A stretch of DNA of 64,000 nt from contig JAKEGJ010000004.1 in NCBI GenBank assembly GCA_022627495.1, positions 622-64,621 of the forward strand, in the 5' to 3' direction. A program made the position numbers and the translations under genes. Positions 28,378-37,041 of this stretch are shown here, piece after piece (the stretch's first letter is position 1; the number at the start of each line of letters is the position of its first letter). The notes under the pieces are model-generated. The model saw nothing but the letters and a program-made list of their open reading frames with translations, ran no database searches and was not told where the DNA came from. Origin of the DNA: Candidatus Micrarchaeota archaeon. Its GTDB lineage: Archaea > Micrarchaeota > Micrarchaeia > Anstonellales > Bilamarchaeaceae.

Positions 28378-30129
28378 TCACCTCTTGAGAAGGTCGTCGA
28401 AGCTCGCATCGATGTCCTTGGCCAGCTTCTCGAATTCCTTCTCTTCCTTGATTTCCTTCATGCGGCCGATTGTGGCCTTGACTTTCAGCTCGGAAATCCT
28501 CTTGAGCTGGACACCCAGATCGAGCGAGGCGTTCGTCCTCTCCCCGAAGCGGGTTATCGTCTTGAGCATGTTGTACTGCTTCTTAAGTTCGCAGCGCGCG
28601 TCCACGTCGCTGTAGGCGTTCTGCTGGAGGTAGTCCTCGCGGAGCATCTTCGTCACCATCAGGACCGCCTGCTCCTTTTCGGGGAGCGCGTCCGGCCCCA
28701 CCAGCTGGACGACCTCCTGCAATTCGGCTTCCTTCTGGAGGAGCGCCATGGCGTTCTTTATCATCTTGGTGAAGTCCGTGGAAACCTTCTCGCTGTAATA
28801 CTCCTCGAGGCCGTCCGCATAGAGGGTGTAGCTTTTCAGCCAGTTGATGGCCGGGAAGTGCCTGCGGTATGCGAGCGAGGCGTCGAGGGCCAGGAACACC
28901 TTCGTGACGCGGAGCGTGTTCTGGGACACCGGCTCGGATATGTCCCCGCCGGGAGGCGAAACCGCGCCGATAATCGAGACCGAGCCGTACCTCTCCTCTC
29001 CTGCGAGGCAGCGCACGCGGCCGGCCCGCTCATAGAACTCGGCGAGCCTTCTTGCAAGGTACGCGGGATACCCTTCCTCGCCGGGCATCTCTTCCAGCCT
29101 GCCGCCGATTTCGCGCATGGCCTCGGCCCACCTGGATGTGGAGTCTGCCATCAGGGCGACGTCGTAGCCCATGTCCCTGAAATACTCCGCAATCGTGACT
29201 CCGGTGTAGATGCTCGCCTCGCGGGCGGCTACGGGCATGTTGGAAGTGTTCGCAATCAGGACCGTCCTCATCATGAGCGGCTTGCCTGATTTCGGGTCGA
29301 TAAGGTGCGGGAATTCCTTGAGCACGTCCGTCATCTCGTTTCCGCGCTCGCCGCAGCCGATGTAAACGACAATCTGGGTGTCCGAGTATTTGGCCAGGCT
29401 CTGCTGGGTGACTGTCTTTCCGGAGCCGAAGGGGCCCGGGATGCACGCCGTGCCTCCCTTTGCTATCGGGAAGAACGTGTCGATTATCCTCTGCCCGGTA
29501 ATCAGCGGAATAGTGGGCGGGAATTTCTCAATGACCGGCCTTGATTTCCGGACGAACCACCTCTGGACCATCGTGAGGGGGTATTTCTTGCCTTCATGGG
29601 ACAGGGTGCCTATCACGTCCTGGATGGTGAACGAGCCGGAGGAAATATCGTCTATCTTGCCCTCATGCGGGGACATTATCCTGTGCTCAATCAGGTCAGT
29701 CTCCTGCACCGTGCCGAGCACGTCGCCGACTTTGACCTTCGCGCCTTTTTTGACGGTTGCCTTGAATTCCCAAATCTTCTTGCGGTCCAGGGGGGGCGCG
29801 TTAATCCCCCTTGTGATGAACACGCCGCCGGCCATCTCCTCGATTACTGCAAGCGGCCTCTGGATGCCGTCGTAAATGCTTGTGAGGATGCCCGGGCCCA
29901 GCTCGACGGAGAGGGGCTGGTTCGTGGATTCGACCGGCTCGTTCGGCCGCAGGCCCGAGGTGTCCTCGTAGACCTGGATGACCGACGTGTTGCCCACTAT
30001 CTTGATGATTTCGCCAAGGAGCTTTGCCTCGCCGACCCTGACCACGTCGTAAAGCCTGGCTCCCGGCAGGTAGGCGTTCACGACCGGGCCGCTAATCCTT
30101 TCAATATGACCTTCATCTTTTGCTGCCAT
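28378..30129 (-). CDS. atpA: A-type ATP synthase catalytic subunit A
   Basis: Walker [19 protein letters not shown]-terminus, about 583 aa. The track TTG start was trimmed to the ATG (MAAKDEG). Confidence 0.9.
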   Translation of the reverse strand: MAAKDEGHIERISGPVVNAYLPGARLYDVVRVGEAKLLGEIIKIVGNTSVIQVYEDTSGLRPNEPVESTNQPLSVELGPGILTSIYDGIQRPLAVIEEMAGGVFITRGINAPPLDRKKIWEFKATVKKGAKVKVGDVLGTVQETDLIEHRIMSPHEGKIDDISSGSFTIQDVIGTLSHEGKKYPLTMVQRWFVRKSRPVIEKFPPTIPLITGQRIIDTFFPIAKGGTACIPGPFGSGKTVTQQSLAKYSDTQIVVYIGCGERGNEMTDVLKEFPHLIDPKSGKPLMMRTVLIANTSNMPVAAREASIYTGVTIAEYFRDMGYDVALMADSTSRWAEAMREIGGRLEEMPGEEGYPAYLARRLAEFYERAGRVRCLAGEERYGSVSIIGAVSPPGGDISEPVSQNTLRVTKVFLALDASLAYRRHFPAINWLKSYTLYADGLEEYYSEKVSTDFTKMIKNAMALLQKEAELQEVVQLVGPDALPEKEQAVLMVTKMLREDYLQQNAYSDVDARCELKKQYNMLKTITRFGERTNASLDLGVQLKRISELKVKATIGRMKEIKEEKEFEKLAKDIDASFDDLLKR

Positions 30130-30150
30130 ATTAGAATCTCCTCCAATCAA

Positions 30151-30486
30151 TCATGATTTTTCCTGCTTCTTGGCGCCCAGGTCGAAGCCCAGCGCCCTCT
30201 TGATGAGGTTCCGTATCTCGTCGCCCTCGGTGCTCTTTCCGGTATAATCCGGCATCGGGATGACGACCGGGTACGCGATGGAATCCAGCTTCTTCCGGAG
30301 CCTCCAGTCTATCCGATTCAGCATGTACTCGTTCGTGACGATGATTCCGTAGTCCTTGTTGGCGAGGACCTTCTCCAGTTCGGCCTGAATTGTGGACTCG
30401 CCCGCCTGCACGGTGTCGTCTATGCCTGCAAGCTTGAACCCCATCACAAGGGGCGCATCGCCGACCACAACGATTTTGGATTTCAT
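30151..30486 (-). CDS. atpF: A-type ATP synthase subunit F
   Basis: MKSKIVVVGDAPLVMGFKLAGI, 111 aa. Confidence 0.85.
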   Translation of the reverse strand: MKSKIVVVGDAPLVMGFKLAGIDDTVQAGESTIQAELEKVLANKDYGIIVTNEYMLNRIDWRLRKKLDSIAYPVVIPMPDYTGKSTEGDEIRNLIKRALGFDLGAKKQEKS

Positions 30487-30498
30487 GCAACATCAACC

Positions 30499-31620
30499 CT
30501 ACACGACGACCAGCATTGCGCGGACCTCGGATTCGGGCAGGTTGAACTCCTTGCCCTTGGCTATCTTCCGGAGGTTGTTCAGCTCCTCCTCTTTGAGCAG
30601 GAGGAACCCTATCACCACGCCGACCGAGAGTATCGCCCGGTGGAACGCGTGCACCTTCTGCTCGGTCACGGATTTCTCGAATGCGATTTCAAGGTCCGAA
30701 AGCGCGATTTTCTCGGCCTTCACCTCGAGCCCGTGGAAGCGGGGCTTCGCGAGCGCTATTACGCCGTGCATGTCCTTCGCATCTATGAACTTCGCGACAA
30801 GCGCGTCGCTCATCGTGCCGCCGCGAATCAGGCTGCCCAGGATTTTATCCTTCTGGGTGCCGTGCTTCTTCAGCCTCTCTATTATCAGGATGTTCTTCGC
30901 GTCAATCTCCTTCCGCAGTATCTGGCGCACGTCCGAGACGTCCTTGCCGCCCACCTCGGAGAGCACCTGGTCCATGAAGAGGTAGATGTATGCGTCTATG
31001 ATGGTCTCCATCTGCAGGAACGTGTCCAGGCTGCGGAGCGCGTTCGTGAATTTCTCCTTCATCTGGCGGTTGAGCTGCCCGGTGCCAATGGAAAGCATCT
31101 TCTGGCCGATGTCCGTCCGGCGCAATTCCTTCATGAGGTTGCCTTCGTCGGCCTTCATTATCCTCTTGAAGTCGTCCTCCCCGAGGCCTCCGACGTCGAA
31201 CAGGTACGGCCGGACGTCCTCGTAGGTCTTCCGTATCCTCTTCGCATGCATCAATGTCTTGAGGTTGAGCAGGTCCCAGCGGATGAGCAGGGCTTCCAGC
31301 GCCTTCCGGTCGCTTTTCGGGGTTATCTTGATGAGCTTCTTGACGGTCCGCGAGAAGTTCCTCGATGCCGCGGTCTCTATCAGGGCGGAGCCGCCGTATG
31401 TGACCGACGCCCCCGCCAGGTCGGCCTTGTACCCTGTCCGTTGCAGGAGCTCGACCATGCCCTCGATGCTTCCCACGCGTATCATCTCGTCAAGGAAGCT
31501 TCCCCTCAGCAGGAGGCCTTTCATGGCCTTGACCCTGGCATTGGAGTAGCCGTACTTGAGCGCGCGGCTCTCTATTCTGGGCAGTTTCCCGGCCATGCCG
31601 CCTAGCAAATCCCGCATCAT
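30499..31620 (-). CDS. atpC: A-type ATP synthase subunit C (d)
   Basis: 373-aa helical protein in the canonical operon position. Its ATG overlaps the atpE TGA, giving ATGA translational coupling. Confidence 0.85.
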   Translation of the reverse strand: MMRDLLGGMAGKLPRIESRALKYGYSNARVKAMKGLLLRGSFLDEMIRVGSIEGMVELLQRTGYKADLAGASVTYGGSALIETAASRNFSRTVKKLIKITPKSDRKALEALLIRWDLLNLKTLMHAKRIRKTYEDVRPYLFDVGGLGEDDFKRIMKADEGNLMKELRRTDIGQKMLSIGTGQLNRQMKEKFTNALRSLDTFLQMETIIDAYIYLFMDQVLSEVGGKDVSDVRQILRKEIDAKNILIIERLKKHGTQKDKILGSLIRGGTMSDALVAKFIDAKDMHGVIALAKPRFHGLEVKAEKIALSDLEIAFEKSVTEQKVHAFHRAILSVGVVIGFLLLKEEELNNLRKIAKGKEFNLPESEVRAMLVVV

Positions 31621-32186
31621 TTACCCCCGAACAGCTTGTCGTAAATCCTCTTCCTCGTCTCGTCTCTCCGCGCCTCGAAAAGCGTTTCCAGCGTCAGGTC
31701 TATCCTGATCTTGCCATCCGTGGTCTCGACGATGGCCCCGCCAAGGGCTTCCAAACCCTCGCTAACTTTGGCGCCTTTGATGGCCGGAAGCAGCGGCTTG
31801 TCGCCTTTGACTATGTGCACCGAAACATTTCCGCCCAGTTCGGCCGCAGCCTCGGCCACGGCCTTGCCCAGGAACTTTTTGTATTCCGGCGTTTTCCGCA
31901 CGTTGCTTAGGGAGTCGAAGAAGTCCTCGACGACGCCCTTTATCGCGTCCTCCCTGGCTTCCGCGAGTATCCTCTTGGATTCCAGCCTGGCCCAGGCTAT
32001 GCGCTCGTTGCGCTGCTCTTCAAGCAGCTTCTCAACTTCGCGGTCGGCTTCCTTCTTCCGGGCCGCCATGCCGGAGCGCTCATCCTCGACCATGCGCGCC
32101 ACGTGCGTCTCGGCCGCCTCTACTATCTTCCTGGCGTCCTCGCTGGCTTCGGACAGGAGAGAGCCCTTCAGCTTCTCGATTCCCAT
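31617..32186 (-). CDS. atpE: A-type ATP synthase subunit E
   Basis: 189 aa, coiled coil plus a C-terminal globular domain (GAIVETTDGKIRIDLTLE). Confidence 0.85.
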   Translation of the reverse strand: MGIEKLKGSLLSEASEDARKIVEAAETHVARMVEDERSGMAARKKEADREVEKLLEEQRNERIAWARLESKRILAEAREDAIKGVVEDFFDSLSNVRKTPEYKKFLGKAVAEAAAELGGNVSVHIVKGDKPLLPAIKGAKVSEGLEALGGAIVETTDGKIRIDLTLETLFEARRDETRKRIYDKLFGGK

Positions 32187-32273
32187 GTGTCAGCACCTCA
32201 CAGATACAGTTTCCGGCATCCGGTTTCCAGCGCCCGTCGGTTACGGGTTGCGGGGAACCGGGAACTGGAAACC
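32187..32273 (-). promoter_or_regulatory. Intercistronic stem-loop between atpK (c subunit) and atpE
   Basis: The mRNA-sense sequence is GGGUUUCCAG...(33 nt)...CUGGAAACC, with a perfect 9-bp stem. Its position just downstream of the high-stoichiometry c-subunit gene fits differential mRNA stability or decoupling. Confidence 0.4.
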
Positions 32274-32525
32274 CTATGCGGCGCCGCCGATTTTAAGCCA
32301 CAGAAGCACTGCGACCAGGAATCCGAACACTGCGAGGACTTCGGGGAGAACGATGTATATCAGGATGTTCTTCTCCAATTCCGGCCTTTCGGCAACCGCA
32401 CCGAGCGCCGAGGCGCCCAGGGTTCCCTGAGACCATGCCGCAGCGAGCGCGCTAAGGCCCATCGCAATCCCGGCTCCCAATGCTATGCCGGCTTCCGCCG
32501 ATAACGGTCCACTTGCATCTGCCAT
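32274..32525 (-). CDS. atpK: A-type ATP synthase proteolipid subunit K (c), single-hairpin
   Basis: 83 aa, MADASGPLSAEAGIALGAGIAMG...PELEKNILIYIVLPEVLAVFGFLVAVLL with the conserved carboxylate E. A GAGGTG RBS precedes it. The track merges it into a longer out-of-frame ORF. Confidence 0.85.
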   Translation of the reverse strand: MADASGPLSAEAGIALGAGIAMGLSALAAAWSQGTLGASALGAVAERPELEKNILIYIVLPEVLAVFGFLVAVLLWLKIGGAA

Positions 32526-32545
32526 TTCATAACACCTCAATTTAC

Positions 32546-34462
32546 TCATAATTTCTTCGAATACAGGGCGAACGGGATGAATACGTCCCCGCCGCCATGC
32601 ATGAACTTTGACCTGAACTCCACTATGTTGAGCCTGCCTCCCTGTATCAGCGATTCGAACATCGCCACGAAGCAGTTGGCAATGTGGAGCACCACGAAAA
32701 CCGGCAGGAGCACAATGGCCAGAAGGCCCTGCTCCGGCATCGGCACGATGAATTCGTTGAGCAGCTCTGCTATCACGACGCCGACAATCCCAATGGCCGC
32801 GATACGCGAGTATGACAGGATGTTGCCGACAAGCCCGGGAATCTCGATGATTCCGAGAACGCCCTCGGTTATCGCGAGCGTGACCGCCGACACCGCGAGG
32901 ACGACTATGCCTGCCGTCGAAAGCGCAGGGTCGATGTAGCCCAGCGCCGGAAGCATGCTTGGAAGATACGGGAGCAGGGCGAATGTCAGGCCCACTTCGA
33001 CTCCGAGCCATGCGATTTTCGCTAGCGCGTGCTTCTTGCTGTGGTTCCACTCGTTAAGCGCGCCCAGGATGAACCCGAGCCCGAGGTGGATAAGCCCCAC
33101 GAGCGCGCTCAGCGCCACCAGGGCGAGCACGTTGTCTATTCTCGCGAACCCGTGGTAGAGGGGCGCGTGCAGGAGCTCGATGCCAATCCATTTGCCGATT
33201 ATCTCGCTCAGGTGGTGGTGCGTCAGCCCGCCCCATTCGTCGAAGAAGAGCCCGAATGCGATCGCCGGGATTCCGGAATACATCCAGATCTTGGAGACGT
33301 TGCTCATGATGTAGCTCTTCTCGAACCTCTTGAGGAGCGCGAAGCCCAGCGCTATCGACAGGATGCCGTAGATGACATCGCCCACTATCATGCCGTATAT
33401 CACTGGCAGGGCAATCAAATACATCATCGTCGGGTCGATTTCGAAATAGTTGGGGAGCGAATAGCTTTTGGTGATGAATTCCATGGGGCCTGCGGCCCTG
33501 GGGTTGTCGAGCACGGTCGGGGGCATGTCATGGTGCGTGTATTTCACGTCTTCCAATACCGCATCGGGATATCTGCCCAAAATGGATTTCAGGACGTCCA
33601 TGTCCTCCTCCAGCAGCCATCCTTCGACCACATACGCGCATTTCGATGAAGAGAACTTTGAGGCTACGCCGGCGCGCTCGGCTTCAACTTCAAGCGAGCG
33701 TATGAGGCTCCGGATGTGGGCGATATTGTCCCTGGACAACCCGGCCATCATGCCGCGGACCTCCTTGAGGCGGGATTTTGCGGCTTCGTTATCGGAATTT
33801 ATCCTGTTGATGGCTTCCATCGGGCTTGTCATCCCTTCGGGAAGGTCGATGTCGGAAAAGCCCAGTTCGCCCAGGAGCGAATCCACGTTGTGCTGGCCTT
33901 TGCGGTCGTATATCACGAGCGCTATATTATATCCGGCTTCGGAAACGACCGTGTTGTGGCCGCCCATCTGCTCCATGCTTTCGGTGAGGCGCGCCATCCT
34001 GCTGGCCGCGATTTCGCCCACGCGGAAATCGAGCGTCCTCGTACGGAGCTTGCTGAAATCGACGCCCTTGAAATGCAGGACCTTCTCCACCGCGAGCGCT
34101 TCATTCTCGAGCGCCTTGATTCTTTCATTCAGCGCGGCCATCTCCGAATTCAGTTTGCGCAGCTGCTCCTCGGCAGCCAGGCCTTTCGCCTCGGCAAGCG
34201 CCTTGGCGCCCTCCATGACTTTAGGCTCGGAATCGTATTTCTTCCCGAGCGCGGCCTCCATCATGGAAACCAGCGCGCGGAGTTTCAGGAGCTCGGCCGA
34301 AAGCGCGTCGAACGAGGCCAGCGGCCTGCCTTCATCGAGGCCCTCGTACCTGGATTTCCGTATGTCCACGAGGCCCGCCTCATGCAGGTCCCGGACAAGG
34401 TTCGCGACGTGGGTTTTAAGCACTATCAATCTGACCTTTGACATCTTCTTGGGCCTAAACAT
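32546..34462 (-). CDS. atpI: A-type ATP synthase subunit I (a)
   Basis: 638 aa: an N-terminal soluble coiled-coil half and a C-terminal polytopic half. Start is at MFRPKKMSKVRLIV, as in methanogen AhaI. Confidence 0.85.
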   Translation of the reverse strand: MFRPKKMSKVRLIVLKTHVANLVRDLHEAGLVDIRKSRYEGLDEGRPLASFDALSAELLKLRALVSMMEAALGKKYDSEPKVMEGAKALAEAKGLAAEEQLRKLNSEMAALNERIKALENEALAVEKVLHFKGVDFSKLRTRTLDFRVGEIAASRMARLTESMEQMGGHNTVVSEAGYNIALVIYDRKGQHNVDSLLGELGFSDIDLPEGMTSPMEAINRINSDNEAAKSRLKEVRGMMAGLSRDNIAHIRSLIRSLEVEAERAGVASKFSSSKCAYVVEGWLLEEDMDVLKSILGRYPDAVLEDVKYTHHDMPPTVLDNPRAAGPMEFITKSYSLPNYFEIDPTMMYLIALPVIYGMIVGDVIYGILSIALGFALLKRFEKSYIMSNVSKIWMYSGIPAIAFGLFFDEWGGLTHHHLSEIIGKWIGIELLHAPLYHGFARIDNVLALVALSALVGLIHLGLGFILGALNEWNHSKKHALAKIAWLGVEVGLTFALLPYLPSMLPALGYIDPALSTAGIVVLAVSAVTLAITEGVLGIIEIPGLVGNILSYSRIAAIGIVGVVIAELLNEFIVPMPEQGLLAIVLLPVFVVLHIANCFVAMFESLIQGGRLNIVEFRSKFMHGGGDVFIPFALYSKKL

Positions 34463-34472
34463 CTGCATTCCC

Positions 34473-34808
34473 CTAGAGGCTGCTCAAAAATTCCTTTATG
34501 AGCTTCGGGACCGCCGCGGATTCGGGCTTCTTCCCGCCAATCTTCATCCCTTCTTCCTTGGCCTTCTCCACTATCTTCTCGACTTCCGATTCTATGTCTT
34601 TGCTGCCCTTGCGCAAGCGGTCGTTCTTGTAGGCTACCAGCTCCTCTTCGCTTTTGAGGCGCTCTTCCATCGTGCGCTCCCGGGCTTCCCGGAGGATTTT
34701 GTCCGCCTTCTCTTTTGCGGTGTTGATGAGACGGTCGTACTCCTCCTCGGCATCCCTTATCTCCTTTATCGTCTTCATGAATTCTGGATGTTCGGAATTT
34801 TGATGCAT
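34473..34808 (-). CDS. atpH: A-type ATP synthase subunit H
   Basis: A charged helical protein of about 100 aa, first in the operon. The start is ambiguous between 34808 and 34778 (MKTIKEIRDAEEE). Confidence 0.7.
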   Translation of the reverse strand: MHQNSEHPEFMKTIKEIRDAEEEYDRLINTAKEKADKILREARERTMEERLKSEEELVAYKNDRLRKGSKDIESEVEKIVEKAKEEGMKIGGKKPESAAVPKLIKEFLSSL

Positions 34809-34938
34809 GTAGCCACCAAAACAAGATGACTACCATATGAAAAAGAAATCTTTTTAAAGTAGTGCCAACGAATTTCCTCTGCCGTTTTCTATAAGGAGAA
34901 AAAAGGTCAAAGAAGATGATGCTTAGAGGATGATACCT

Positions 34939-35754
34939 ATGGGTGCTTACAAATACATAACCCAGACTTTGCAGAAGCAGTACAAGGAGAGGGACGCCCT
35001 TTACCGGGACAAGGTGATGAAGTGGAGGGCGGGGCCGGCAATCGAGCGCGTCGAATACCCGTCCAACCTGTCAAGGGCCCGCACGCTCGGCTACCAGGCC
35101 AAGCAGGGCTACATCGTCGTCCGCGTCCGCATCGACAAGGGAAGGCGCACGAGGCGCAAGACCATGGGCGGCCGCAAGCACAAGAACAACTACCGCTTCG
35201 TACAGCCCCAGATGTCGCACCAGGCGATTGGCGAGCAGCGCGTTAACCGGCTGTTCCGCAACATGGAAGTGCTCAACTCATACTGGGTCGGGGAAGACGG
35301 CAACTACAAGTTCTTCGAAGTGATACTCGCAGACCCTGCGAAACCGAGCGTCAACATATCGTCCGCGATAAGGGGCGGCAAGGCGTTCCGCGGCTTGACC
35401 TCCGCAGGCAACTCGCGGGGCCCGAGCAAGAAGTTTGCCATGAACAAGAAGCTCCGGAGGAAGAAGCTCCAGGCGACTCCGTACCACTTCAAGCCGTATC
35501 TGAAGAGCGCGAAGGCGGCGGCTGCCCCGAAGCCCGCCCCCAAGAGGGCGGAGAAAAAGGCGGCACCTGCGAAGCCTGCGGCGCATGAGCATGCGGCGCA
35601 CGCGCCTGCCCAGCATGCAGCCCATTCCGGCGGGGTCCGCGCCGCGCACCCGCAGCACGGAGCGCAGGCGCACGAGGCCAAGCATGAGGCTGCGCACCCG
35701 GCCCACGCCGAGCACCAGCCGCACCCATCCAAGCCCCACGAGCACAAGAAATAA
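34939..35754 (+). CDS. rpl15e: Ribosomal protein L15e with a His/Ala/Pro/Lys-rich C-terminal extension
   Basis: The core matches L15e: YKYITQTLQKQYK...RARTLGYQAKQGYIVVRVRIDKGRRTRR...RKHKNNYRF. After about residue 195 comes an 80-aa low-complexity tail (AAPKPAPKRAEKKAAPAKPAAHEHAAHAPAQHAAH...HPSKPHEHKK). No alternative frame is open across it. Confidence 0.8.
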   Translation: MGAYKYITQTLQKQYKERDALYRDKVMKWRAGPAIERVEYPSNLSRARTLGYQAKQGYIVVRVRIDKGRRTRRKTMGGRKHKNNYRFVQPQMSHQAIGEQRVNRLFRNMEVLNSYWVGEDGNYKFFEVILADPAKPSVNISSAIRGGKAFRGLTSAGNSRGPSKKFAMNKKLRRKKLQATPYHFKPYLKSAKAAAAPKPAPKRAEKKAAPAKPAAHEHAAHAPAQHAAHSGGVRAAHPQHGAQAHEAKHEAAHPAHAEHQPHPSKPHEHKK

Positions 35755-35777
35755 TCTTTCTTTTCCAAGTCATTTTT

Positions 35778-36230
35778 ATGTTCGACATCATCTGCTGCCA
35801 GGCCGATGCCAAAACGCACGGCTTTGAGCGCTTTTTCTCAGCCAGCGGCTGCAAGGGCAAGGTGCTGGAACTCGACAACCTGGAGGCCGCGGTGGCGCAC
35901 AAGAACCGGAAAACGCTCATCATGCTGAAAGACTGGGCCTTCGATGAAGGCGCAATACGCGTGATTGCGGAAAAGAAAAGCGCATGCTTCCTGATAGACC
36001 TCGGCCGCCTCATGAAAACGAAGGGCGTGCCCAGGGCAATCGCCCTCTCGAAACTCCGGAACTTCCTCTCCGTCTGCGTGAAATTCGGGGCATTCTACTC
36101 GTTCGCCACGTTCGCCGAAAGCGAGCGGCAAATCCGCTCGCCGGAAGAACTCGAAAGCATCATCATGCTCCTTGACCTGAACCGGGGCCAGGCGAAATTC
36201 GCCCTGAAGATGCTCAATCATTATCTCTGA
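35778..36230 (+). CDS. rnp3: RNase P protein component 3 (Rpp30), short form
   Basis: GAFYSFATFAESERQIRSPEELESI aligns with P. horikoshii Rpp30 VPRFITSSAESRWEVRGPRDLMSL, and MFDII with FVEMDIR. It is only 150 aa. The frame is closed 90 nt upstream, so it cannot be longer. Confidence 0.6.
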   Translation: MFDIICCQADAKTHGFERFFSASGCKGKVLELDNLEAAVAHKNRKTLIMLKDWAFDEGAIRVIAEKKSACFLIDLGRLMKTKGVPRAIALSKLRNFLSVCVKFGAFYSFATFAESERQIRSPEELESIIMLLDLNRGQAKFALKMLNHYL

Positions 36231-36270
36231 TTTCCCGCGTCTGGCCCCCCTTCCGCGCCCATTGCGTTTT

Positions 36271-36756
36271 TCATTCGCCGATTGTGAGGCTGAATGTCAC
36301 TTTCTCGTTGGAAACAAGGCAGGAGCCCGATATCGTGCCGCCTGCGTCGCTTCCGCCCGAGCCACCGTCCCCGTCATAGAGGCCGTTCTGCACCGGTTCG
36401 ACATCCATGCTCACTTCAGCATCGTTTATCGCCACGCATCTCTCAATCACTGAAAAGCACATGGACGGAGATACGTCCACTTCCTGCACAAGCGGCGGGT
36501 CGGATTCGATTGTGAGCCTGATTTTCGCGCTCCCGCCATAGGTCCTGCAGATGCCCGTCGGCTCAAACTTCACGGTTTCCGATATGCTGAGGCATTCGAC
36601 AGTGACCGGCAGGCCGTTCGAGACCGTGGTCTTCTTCTCGCCTTCGGCGAGGGTGACTTCGTAATCATTAGCGTTGCAGTCGTCGGCGACCGGGCATCTG
36701 TTGCATCCTTCGGCCAGCACTGCGCAAAGAGCGGCTGCCGAAAGGAGCGTCGCCAT
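36271..36756 (-). CDS. Hypothetical secreted/lipoprotein
   Basis: Signal peptide MATLLSAAALCAVLAEGC, Cys-containing, G/S-rich C-terminus. Trimmed from the track start. Confidence 0.4.
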   Translation of the reverse strand: MATLLSAAALCAVLAEGCNRCPVADDCNANDYEVTLAEGEKKTTVSNGLPVTVECLSISETVKFEPTGICRTYGGSAKIRLTIESDPPLVQEVDVSPSMCFSVIERCVAINDAEVSMDVEPVQNGLYDGDGGSGGSDAGGTISGSCLVSNEKVTFSLTIGE

Positions 36757-37041
36757 GGGGCGCCTGCCCTGCGGCTTCTCCCCCGGCCTGCCATCAGGTT
36801 TCTGCAATTCCTTCTCTGCCCGGAGTTTCATATACTATGATTAGGGCGGTGCTGTTTAAAAAACATTATGAAACACAAAATAAAACTTATTTCCGGTTGC
36901 ACTGCCGGGGCCAAGGCCGCTTTCCTGCAGGAATTCCACCTCGCGCCATGCTCCAACCGGATCCAGGCGTCCTGCCCACAATTGTTTATAAACCCCGAAT
37001 GTGTTTTGTTTGCAAGGGGCGAAAGCCTCGATGGTGTTATC

